Positions 7,740 to 14,662 of a DNA stretch of 35,143 nt are shown piece after piece. The notes beneath the pieces are model-generated. The model saw nothing but the letters and a program-made list of their open reading frames with translations. It did not search any database and was not told the DNA's origin. Source of the stretch: an uncultured Eubacteriales bacterium (GTDB lineage Bacteria; Bacillota; Clostridia; Oscillospirales; CAG-272); the NCBI GenBank assembly GCA_900555785.1, contig USMO01000002.1, positions 1 through 35,143 of the forward strand, in the 5' to 3' direction. The translations under genes were made by a program, and so were the position numbers. The stretch's first letter is position 1, and every line of letters starts with the position of its first letter.

Positions 7740-8222
7740 ATGAGCTATTTAAATTATGAGTTTTTTGACGAGTTTAAAGCACTTGACAATTTATGCAGAG
7801 ATATCTACGGCGGATCTGTGGACAACAAGCTCGGTGTCACCTTGTATCTTGAGGATATGGACAAAAAAGCCCATCGAGGGTCGATCAATGTTTCCGGATG
7901 GGCATCTGATTACATTCGTTTAAAATCGGCGAGAAACATTCGAAATGAATTGGCACATTCCCGCAATTCAATGACCGTTGATATCTGCTCGCAAGAGGAT
8001 ATTGATTTTGTTCGTTCTTTCAGAGCAAAAATATTAAATCAGACAGACCCGCTTGCTATGCTGAGAAAGCAATCAGCTCAGCCTCGTTTCTCAACAACGC
8101 CGCACCTCAAACGGCAACCTCAACCGATATATACCCCTCCGGCAAAAAAACCTGTCGGATGCTTTGGTATTGTAGCAGCGTTTTTGATTGTTGTTGCCTG
8201 TATTATTGCTTTTTTATTATAG
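7740..8222 (+). CDS. hypothetical tail-anchored protein with a HEPN-like Rx4H motif (DUF4145-like?)
   Basis: ATG at 7740 with GGAGG upstream. It has an ARNIRNELAHS motif, a Pro-rich linker and a C-terminal TM helix (CFGIVAAFLIVVACIIAFLL). Confidence 0.55.
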   Translation: MSYLNYEFFDEFKALDNLCRDIYGGSVDNKLGVTLYLEDMDKKAHRGSINVSGWASDYIRLKSARNIRNELAHSRNSMTVDICSQEDIDFVRSFRAKILNQTDPLAMLRKQSAQPRFSTTPHLKRQPQPIYTPPAKKPVGCFGIVAAFLIVVACIIAFLL

Positions 8223-8246
8223 TTTGCCGTCAGCCCAATACCGATA

Positions 8247-8420
8247 CAAAGAGCAAAGGAAGAGCCTCAAGCACATCTTGAGACCATTCCTTTGCTCTTT
8301 ATTGCTTTGATGCCCGCCTGTAACCCGCAAGTAGTTTTTTCATCTGCACTGTCGCTGTTTTCCGCACGACATCCGGAGCGGCGAGGTACCCGATCAGACT
8401 TTGTTTGCTGATGAGTATGA
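8247..8420. repeat. copy A of a ~170-bp duplicated module (hairpin + 14-codon mini-ORF on the minus strand + -10-like box)
   Basis: 100 of 106 nt match copy B over the core by hand alignment, with weaker similarity for about 60 nt more. Hairpin at 8248-8300. Minus-strand mini-ORF at 8343..8299 reads MKKLLAGYRRASKQ. Confidence 0.7.
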
Positions 8421-9024
8421 TCTCGCCACCGAAAAGCAGTTTTCTTATGAGGGACTGTCGGTTGAAGCAGCGGTAAAGCACCTTGCAAAGTTTGCATCGG
8501 ATATTTGGCAGATTCATCCCTTCGGCGAGGGAAATACCCGTGCCACCGCCGTGTTTATGATTAAATATATGAAAACCTTTGGCTTCCGTGTCGATAACGA
8601 TGCGTTCCGTGAAAACTCCTGGTATTTCCGCAATGCACTGGTCCGGGCAAACTATAATAATTTGCAAAAAGGCATTCATTCTACAACAAAATTTTTGGAA
8701 TTGTTTTTCTCAAATTTCCTGCTCGGCACAAACCACGAACTCAAAAACCGCTATATGCACATTGATTTTGCGGATGAAAGCACTCTCCAAAGTATCAATC
8801 CCAAAGTCTCAAAGTATCAATTTGATACTTTAGACTGTACTTTAGAAGAACTTGCGGTTTTAGAATTGGTCGCAAAGGACCCGGCGATAAAACAGCAAGA
8901 GATTGCAGAACAAACCGGAAAATCCATTGCAACGATCAAGAGAATTATGAAATCGTTGCAAGATAAAAACTATATCCGCCGTGAAAGCGGCAAGAGATAC
9001 GGCAAGTGGAAAGTGTTGGTTTAG
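8401..9024 (+). pseudogene. Fic/DOC family protein, probably 5'-truncated, with a C-terminal winged-helix domain
   Basis: Fic motif HPFGEGNTRAT lies only about 40 codons into the ORF. The only possible start is a TTG without an SD, and an in-frame stop lies 69 nt upstream. The C-terminus (ELAVLELV...IAEQTGKSIATIKRIMKSLQ) is HTH-like. Confidence 0.55.
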
Positions 9025-9058
9025 GCAAGATTTGTTTATTGTTCTTTTCTTGCAAAAA

Positions 9059-10255
9059 CTATTTGCTTGGAATCGCATTAATAGCTGCAGCCAACTCTCT
9101 CTGTGGATTCTTAATATGGCCTCGCTTTTCAAATACTGATTGTAAAACATCTGTGCATGCCTCATTATCCATTGTTGTAATGATATCAAGCCACAGGCGT
9201 GCTCGGGATGTTCCAACATAGTATATTAAAGAGTTTTCCTTCTCGAAAATCTCTGACGTCACATCTATGAGGATTACAGCATCAGCTTCAAGCCCCTTAA
9301 ACTTTCGGCAGGTCGAAAATCTATATTTATTTCTATATACGCCGTTTGAAACAAAAGAGCCCAATATGCTGGTGCTTTCGGTTTTGCAAGTTAGGACAAT
9401 GATATCTTTAACACCTTGTCCTTTCAATGTGTCGATGATAAGGTCAAGTCTTTCTCGAGCCTTTTCAGCAGAATCGCAAAAATGGAGTTTTGCAGGCACA
9501 CCTTTGATGCAATCGTTTATTAGTTTAGGTTTGCGTTCCGTAACAGGCGCCAATGATGTTGTTGCGATATTCTCCGTATTTCTGCAATTTCTGTACAGTG
9601 TCAATTTGCAATCAGCATCGCTTATGTATTGCGGGATTTTTCGTGACTGTACCAATTGCAGTTTGTCATAAAAAATATAGAAACTTGCATTATCTGGTTT
9701 AATATCGATTATTATACTCTTCAGTACATCAATAATTCCGGTTTCTTCTACAGCGTCTATACCAAAATCCTGCCCCTCGTCAATTACTATATGCATATAA
9801 GGGAAGTTATCAAATACATACATATCTTCCAACACAGATTTCAGTTTCTCGTAATTAGGGGTAATTGTGTTGCAAAGTTTGCACGCCAATCCAGAGATGG
9901 TGTAGTAATCAATATTTTCGTGAGCATAGTTTTCAGAAAGATAACTCTTGAGCTGCGCATTGTAACATAGAAACAGCACCTTTTCTCCGGCAATAGCGTG
10001 ACGTTGTGCTTTTTCAACGGCAATCATAGTTTTGCCGGTCCCCGCAGCCCCGTTAATAACTGCTGTTTTTTGTTCAGAGAGAAAGTTTAGTATTCCGGAT
10101 TGTTCCTCCAGCATTCGATGAAATACTATTTTTTTGAGGTCTGATTCAAAGGTTACTGATGGGAAGACATTAAACTGCGGGCACAGTATTTCTCGCAAAA
10201 TTCGATTAACTTCCTGATCTGTCAAATTAGTTTGTTTTCCATTAGGCAACTCCAC
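9059..10255 (-). CDS. SF1 helicase-like P-loop ATPase (UvrD/NERD-associated/DUF2075-like), possibly N-terminally truncated
   Basis: Walker A GAAGTGKT, Walker B VIDEGQD, and C-terminal GLEADAVILI and YVGTSRAR motifs. It begins at a GTG without an SD, and an in-frame stop lies 17 codons upstream. Confidence 0.6.
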   Translation of the reverse strand: MELPNGKQTNLTDQEVNRILREILCPQFNVFPSVTFESDLKKIVFHRMLEEQSGILNFLSEQKTAVINGAAGTGKTMIAVEKAQRHAIAGEKVLFLCYNAQLKSYLSENYAHENIDYYTISGLACKLCNTITPNYEKLKSVLEDMYVFDNFPYMHIVIDEGQDFGIDAVEETGIIDVLKSIIIDIKPDNASFYIFYDKLQLVQSRKIPQYISDADCKLTLYRNCRNTENIATTSLAPVTERKPKLINDCIKGVPAKLHFCDSAEKARERLDLIIDTLKGQGVKDIIVLTCKTESTSILGSFVSNGVYRNKYRFSTCRKFKGLEADAVILIDVTSEIFEKENSLIYYVGTSRARLWLDIITTMDNEACTDVLQSVFEKRGHIKNPQRELAAAINAIPSK

Positions 10256-10437
10256 GGAAAGGATTCTCTCAAGATATGGCCGTGGATTATCCCGAGGCTT
10301 ATGCCTTTACCTATTATTTGATAGAAAAATATGGGTTTAATAACGTCCTAAACTGTTGCATTAACTATAATTTTGACGGCATTTTCGGCTCAGATTATTC
10401 TGTTATAATGGACGAGTTTATGAAAAGTATCGCATAA
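10246..10437 (+). pseudogene. C-terminal gene fragment (reading ...DYPEAYAFTYYLIEKYGFNNVL...)
   Basis: The open frame of 63 codons has no plausible start or SD and abuts the helicase gene head-on. Any family assignment is a guess. Confidence 0.3.
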
Positions 10438-10482
10438 TCGAGGTTATAAGGCAGAATATTCGATTTACGTTACTAACGCTCC

Positions 10483-10521
10483 GCCAAATAATCAGCCGGA
10501 TTCCGGTTTTCCGGGTTCGGC
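10483..10521. other. hairpin AATCAGCCG...CGGCTGATT with inner CCGG-tttt-CCGG
   Basis: 9-bp outer stem plus 4-bp inner stem, with no flanking T-run. Confidence 0.4.
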
Positions 10522-10530
10522 TGATTCATA

Positions 10531-10619
10531 TCATGTCACCGGAGGTAGAGCGTCGTAACGCTCGGGGATCGTAAGGCGTAAGCCTTGCAGGCCGCATACC
10601 GGATTAGGTGTCGAGTGCG
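10531..10619 (+). promoter_or_regulatory. structured leader (candidate riboswitch or attenuator aptamer) upstream of the GNAT gene
   Basis: Two local hairpins: GAGCG-TCGTAA-CGCTC, and GTAAGGC-GTAA-GCCTTGC with a GNRA loop. CCGG/CCGG closing pairs are present. GAGCG can alternatively pair with the CGCTC at the base of the terminator. Confidence 0.4.
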
Positions 10620-10660
10620 CTCGGTTATTACTTCGTAATAACCGGGTATTTTTTATTTTT
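10620..10660 (+). terminator. intrinsic terminator inside the GNAT 5' leader
   Basis: CTCGGTTATTAC-TTCG-GTAATAACCGGG followed by TATTTTTTATTTTTTT, ending 3 nt before the GGAGG SD. Confidence 0.8.
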
Positions 10661-10672
10661 TTGGAGGTACAT

Positions 10673-11224
10673 ATGAACAACACAAAAGTAACCCTTGCCC
10701 CGCTGGAAGCGGGCGACCGTGAGCAGTTCATCCTTGATAATCAGGCATCTTTCAAGTATGGCGCAGTGGAAGAGTTCGGGCTGCGGGACGATCATTTTGA
10801 GGAGGATGGAGAGATCATCTCCCGCGCAACCATTGAGCAAAGTATTGATGCACCCGACAGCGAAGCATACCGGATTCTGTATGAAGGCAGAAAGGTTGGC
10901 GGTGTGGTGCTGAAAATCGACAAAGAGACACATCACAACGAGCTGGAGCTTCTTTTCGTTTCGCCGAAGGAACACAGCAAAGGTATCGGCTATGGCGCTT
11001 GGCTTGCCGTGGAAGCTCTGCACCCCGAAACCGAGGTCTGGGAGACCTGCACGCCATATTTTGAAAAGCGCAATATCCATTTTTATATCAACAAATGCGG
11101 TTTTCACGCCGTTGAGTTTTTCTCCGCCATGCACCCGGATCCGAATCCGCCGGAGAAAGACGAACCATCATTCCCCGGCGAGGGGCCGGATGAAATGTTC
11201 CGCTTTGAAAAAGTTATGAAGTGA
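10673..11224 (+). CDS. GNAT family N-acetyltransferase
   Basis: ATG at 10673 with GGAGG upstream. The acetyl-CoA loop-like motif reads LFVSPKEHSKGIGYGAW. 183 aa. Confidence 0.75.
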   Translation: MNNTKVTLAPLEAGDREQFILDNQASFKYGAVEEFGLRDDHFEEDGEIISRATIEQSIDAPDSEAYRILYEGRKVGGVVLKIDKETHHNELELLFVSPKEHSKGIGYGAWLAVEALHPETEVWETCTPYFEKRNIHFYINKCGFHAVEFFSAMHPDPNPPEKDEPSFPGEGPDEMFRFEKVMK

Positions 11225-11230
11225 GTTACT

Positions 11231-11284
11231 GAAAAGTGGTTTGTATTATGCTTGTAACGCAAACCACTTTTCGACTTTTTATTT
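11231..11284 (+). terminator. rho-independent terminator of the GNAT gene
   Basis: GAAAAGTGGTTTG / CAAACCACTTTTC perfect 13-bp stem followed by GACTTTTTATTT. Confidence 0.75.
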
Positions 11285-11296
11285 GGAGACACAACC

Positions 11297-11468
11297 TAAA
11301 AGAGCAAAGGAAGAGCCTCGAGCACATTTTGAGACCATTCCTTTGCTTTTTATTGCTTTGATGCCCGCCTGTACCCCGCAAGCAGTTTTTTCATCTGTAC
11401 TGTCGTAACTTTCCTCACACCATCCGGCGCGGTGAGGTAGTTTCCGATTTGTCATGATTTCATTATAC
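11297..11468. repeat. copy B of the duplicated module
   Basis: Hairpin at 11298-11351. The minus-strand mini-ORF at 11394..11350 encodes the identical MKKLLAGYRRASKQ. Minus-strand TGGTATAAT at 11462-11470. Confidence 0.7.
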
Positions 11469-11502
11469 CACAACTCCTCCCGTTTTTCAACCGTTTCCGC
11501 GC

Positions 11503-11541
11503 AAAACAAAAGCAACCGCACCTCTTTTGACGTGCGGTTGC
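11503..11541 (-). terminator. rho-independent terminator of the hypothetical/ArsR/XRE operon
   Basis: Minus strand GCAACCGCAC-10 nt-GTGCGGTTGC followed by TTTTGTTTT. Confidence 0.8.
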
Positions 11542-11568
11542 GTGTTCCGGCGGCGATGCCGGTCGGAC

Positions 11569-11772
11569 TTACCGCATCATTTCGTCTATGGAAATACCGA
11601 TCAGGTCGGAAATTGCGGGGAGCAGAAAAATATCAGGATAGCAAATTTCCCGCTCCCATTTCGACACCGCTTGGGTGCTGACCCCGAGGCGCTTTCCGAA
11701 CTCGCCCTGTGTAAGCCTGTGTTTTTTGCGGTAGTTCAGGATATATTCGCCGATTCGGATTTTGTTCTTCAT
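11569..11772 (-). CDS. XRE family helix-turn-helix transcriptional regulator
   Basis: 67 aa with the typical HTH_3 pattern LTQGEFGKRLGVSTQAVSKWE. Confidence 0.85.
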   Translation of the reverse strand: MKNKIRIGEYILNYRKKHRLTQGEFGKRLGVSTQAVSKWEREICYPDIFLLPAISDLIGISIDEMMR

Positions 11773-12341
11773 TTGACCCGTTTATAGGTTTCGTGATGAC
11801 GTGTCATCATACCGAATGCAATCATTTCCCGCCGGATGGTGCAGTAATCCTCGTGATAGCGCAAAATGATTTCGTTTACCTCTTTTTCCGGATACGTGCG
11901 GTCCGGGTCGAACTGTTTTAAGATTTCGGACAGCACAATCTCGCGCTTTTTCTGCTGCGTTGGAATCTGCATCAGTCTGCCGTGCCGGAAGAAATTCGAC
12001 AGGACCGCTTTTCTGTACTTCTCTTCGGTGTCAACGGGCCCTTCGTCCTTTATCAGTTCAAGCAGCGGCTTGTCGAACAGGTCGCGATTCAGGGAATAGA
12101 TGATATAGAATTGGGAGCGGGAGCAATTGACCATGCCCGCCGATTCCATTTTTTTGAGATGGTAGCAGATGGTGGCTTGGGTGCGGGATAGCTCGCAGGC
12201 GATTTTTTCCACATAGGAATCTTCTTTTAAAAGGAGATTCAGAATTTCCAGCCGCGTTTCGTCTGCCAGCAGCTTTAACAGCTCGAGCTTTTCTTTCACA
12301 TCCTCACTTCCTTTCGCCTCTCTCTTTGTCGTCAAAAGCAA
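11769..12341 (-). CDS. ArsR-type wHTH regulator fused to a DUF2087-like C-terminal domain
   Basis: LKLLADETRLEILNLL...ICYHLKKMESAGMV, then a DUF2087-like tail (EKEVNEIILRYHEDYCTIRREMIAFG). A GTG at 12299 with GGAAG upstream is a more likely start than 12341. Confidence 0.75.
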   Translation of the reverse strand: MLLTTKREAKGSEDVKEKLELLKLLADETRLEILNLLLKEDSYVEKIACELSRTQATICYHLKKMESAGMVNCSRSQFYIIYSLNRDLFDKPLLELIKDEGPVDTEEKYRKAVLSNFFRHGRLMQIPTQQKKREIVLSEILKQFDPDRTYPEKEVNEIILRYHEDYCTIRREMIAFGMMTRHHETYKRVK

Positions 12342-12810
12342 AGACGAACAACCCGTTTTGCACGCGGTAATCCCGCCACATCTTCAAAATGCCGTCCAAG
12401 ACGTCCTTTTTGATTTTTGCTTTGAAAATTTTTTGCGGGTCGCCGTCCTTTTTGGCTTGCTCCAGGTCGGTTTGGTAGAGATCATAAAAGTTTGCCCGCA
12501 TAAATACTTCGGGGTAAAGCGAAACCGCCATGAGCTCTTTTCGGTCATCGGGCAACGCTTGATAATAATCCGCTATCTCGGGAAATTGCCCCGCCAGATT
12601 CTGAAATCTCGCAATCATCAGTTCGGCTGCCCGGTCGGTTCCGGAAATCAGCCCCGCAGCGATTGCCACATGATAAATGCCAGCCTTTAGTTGCAGGGCG
12701 CCCCGCTCGGTTGGGCGGTTTTTCTCTACCGATGCCGCCTCCGCTCTGCAGGCGTCGTACTGTTCTTTTGTAACCGTCAGGAACCCGTTCAATATATCCT
12801 GTTTGTTCAT
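12304..12810 (-). CDS. hypothetical protein, first gene of the operon
   Basis: 168-aa ORF with AAAGGTGGA SD. I recognise no family. Confidence 0.5.
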   Translation of the reverse strand: MNKQDILNGFLTVTKEQYDACRAEAASVEKNRPTERGALQLKAGIYHVAIAAGLISGTDRAAELMIARFQNLAGQFPEIADYYQALPDDRKELMAVSLYPEVFMRANFYDLYQTDLEQAKKDGDPQKIFKAKIKKDVLDGILKMWRDYRVQNGLFVFAFDDKERGERK

Positions 12811-12850
12811 TTCAATTTTCCACCTTTCTTTTGTTGCCGGCTATACTGAT

Positions 12851-12879
12851 ATTATACACGTCTAATCACTTGTTGTCAA
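12851..12879 (-). promoter_or_regulatory. consensus promoter of the hypothetical/ArsR/XRE operon
   Basis: Minus strand TTGACA, 17 nt, TATAAT. Confidence 0.7.
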
Positions 12880-12901
12880 GACTGTTTCGACAAATTTCGA
12901 A

Positions 12902-13132
12902 TCAATTGAACCAATGGTTGAAAAGGGGGACTTTCCGATGCCAAGGAGGGCGGCTATGTGCTGGGACAAAGCGTTCGGGATGATCGGTCATCTCCTGCCG
13001 CAGGGCTTCCATATCACACATCCGCAAGGAATACCGATGCGTTTTGTTGCCGTTGTCCTCGTAGCAGATATAGCCGTTTCTCAGCATATACAGGAATTTT
13101 CGCTTGGATATATGCAGGTAAAATGTGATGGC
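12902..13132 (-). pseudogene. possible HTH_17/excisionase-like remnant
   Basis: The open frame AITFYLHISKRKFLYMLRNGYICYEDNGNKTHRYSL... resembles the helix-turn-helix/wing of Xis/AlpA-type proteins. It lacks an N-terminus and an SD, and starts directly after the TAG of the upstream gene. Confidence 0.25.
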
Positions 13133-14662
13133 CTATATATCCGTTTGTCGCATCCGAATCGTCAAATTACCGCTCCGGGGTCGGATGACCGTGGAGTTTT
13201 CCGTTCTTTCAATATGTCCCTGCAGAACCGGGACGGAATAGGAAAAGCCTTCATGGCAAAAACGCAGTTCCGTTTCGTCGACCGAAAGAAGCTGGTTTCC
13301 GGTTCCGAATTCCAGCAAAAGATCCGAGGCACCCCTTGCGGAAAATCCGTTTTCGTCCATTGTCAGAAACCAGGTTGCACCATCATCGTTTGTAACGGTT
13401 ACGGTCAGTGTATCGGCGGTTTCGTTTTGAGACAGGGCGATTTCCGATACTTTTCCCGCAAAGCTCCATGCGCAGTTTTGTTCCGGCGTGATGCAGCGAC
13501 GGCGATCGACTACGGGCAGATTGTCGTAGGTTGCGCTCCATTCGGTGCAGGGCGCTTCAAGGTAACGTTCCCGATAGCGATCGTCAAAAACAAACAGATC
13601 GCGGAAAAACAGCCTGCCGTCCCGCAGGAACAGATTCCCGCGCCAGAACCGACTGCTGAACCAAACCGACCGGATGCCGTTTCCCGACCAATCGGTCAGC
13701 GCGGAAAGCGCTGCCGGCGGGGTATCCCTGTAAGTTTCGCGGAAACGTCTGCCGGTTTCTCCCAAGGTTTCAATGGTCAGTTTGCCTTCGGATTCCCATT
13801 TTTTCGCCAGCTCCAACTGGAGACGGTAGCCGTCTGCAATTCCCTCCCAGCCGAAGCTGTTTTCCTGCCCCGTTGTGGCATGACTGCCGGAAAGAGACGG
13901 GTTTTCGTAGTATTCGCGGAAGTACCACTCCATGACATCCCGGCTCTTTCCGCTGTCCCAAAACGGTTCCATTGTATAGCATCCGTTCAGGCGCGGGTGA
14001 TTCTCGCTGTTTTTGTTTTCGTCATAGCCGTAAATCGGGTCAATCCCGAGCATCCGGAAAACCGGTGTTCCGATACGGGTCTGCGCACTTTGCGAAGGGC
14101 AAAGCGCATTGTTTTTGGAGGGATAGTATCCGCCGCTGTAGTATCCGCCCCAGAGCGTGTAGGCATCCACTGCCAGTTGCTCGCGGCAGATGCAGAATGC
14201 GTCCATGCGGTATTTTTCGCTCATGTATTGCATGGAGTAGGCGTCCAACAGCCATGACCCCGCAACGGTCGGATTATAACCGAAGGTTTCCCGGAACAGG
14301 CGAAAGGCTTCGTCAATCAGCAGACGGCGTTCCGCTTGGGTGTAGGCTTCCAGGAACCCGGGGTTGACGTACCAATCCCAGTCATAGCCCGGTCTGCCGC
14401 GCCATTGGATTCCGACGCTTTCCGTCAGCGGACGGACGATTTCGAACCACAACCCAAGTTCCGTGTCCCCGTCCATCCCTTCCCGGACAGCCGTTACCAG
14501 ATCTTCGCGCAGGAGGGCGTCGTATTGGAACAGAAACGTATGCTTGATGCCGGCTTTGCGGTCGGCAGCGATTTCTTCTTTGACCGGAAGAAGCAGGTCT
14601 TTCGGTCGGCGCGGCTCACAGCCGCGGATAAAGTTGACAAAATTCAGTACTGAACGGCTCAT
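13133..14662 (-). CDS. uncharacterised protein, probably carbohydrate-active (family not recognised)
   Basis: I chose the ATG at 14662 (GGAGGA 7 nt upstream) within the tracked ORF 13133..14725. It is an aromatic-rich cytoplasmic protein co-oriented with GH78 and overlapping it. Confidence 0.45.
   Translation of the reverse strand: MSRSVLNFVNFIRGCEPRRPKDLLLPVKEEIAADRKAGIKHTFLFQYDALLREDLVTAVREGMDGDTELGLWFEIVRPLTESVGIQWRGRPGYDWDWYVNPGFLEAYTQAERRLLIDEAFRLFRETFGYNPTVAGSWLLDAYSMQYMSEKYRMDAFCICREQLAVDAYTLWGGYYSGGYYPSKNNALCPSQSAQTRIGTPVFRMLGIDPIYGYDENKNSENHPRLNGCYTMEPFWDSGKSRDVMEWYFREYYENPSLSGSHATTGQENSFGWEGIADGYRLQLELAKKWESEGKLTIETLGETGRRFRETYRDTPPAALSALTDWSGNGIRSVWFSSRFWRGNLFLRDGRLFFRDLFVFDDRYRERYLEAPCTEWSATYDNLPVVDRRRCITPEQNCAWSFAGKVSEIALSQNETADTLTVTVTNDDGATWFLTMDENGFSARGASDLLLEFGTGNQLLSVDETELRFCHEGFSYSVPVLQGHIERTENSTVIRPRSGNLTIRMRQTDI

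Noticed and set aside
10603-10620. GGATTAGGTGTCGAGTGCG resembles the T-box consensus AAUUAGGGUGGUACCGCG.
   Set aside because: The leader is only about 90 nt, with no Stem I or specifier loop. The UGGN bulge context is missing, and a GNAT gene is not a typical T-box target.
7660-13132. Calling the tRNA-Ser-adjacent region an intact integrative element or prophage remnant with att sites.
   Set aside because: No integrase, recombinase or transposase ORF is present. The only match to the tRNA 3' end near the right boundary is an 8-nt TTCGAATC string, too short to call attR.
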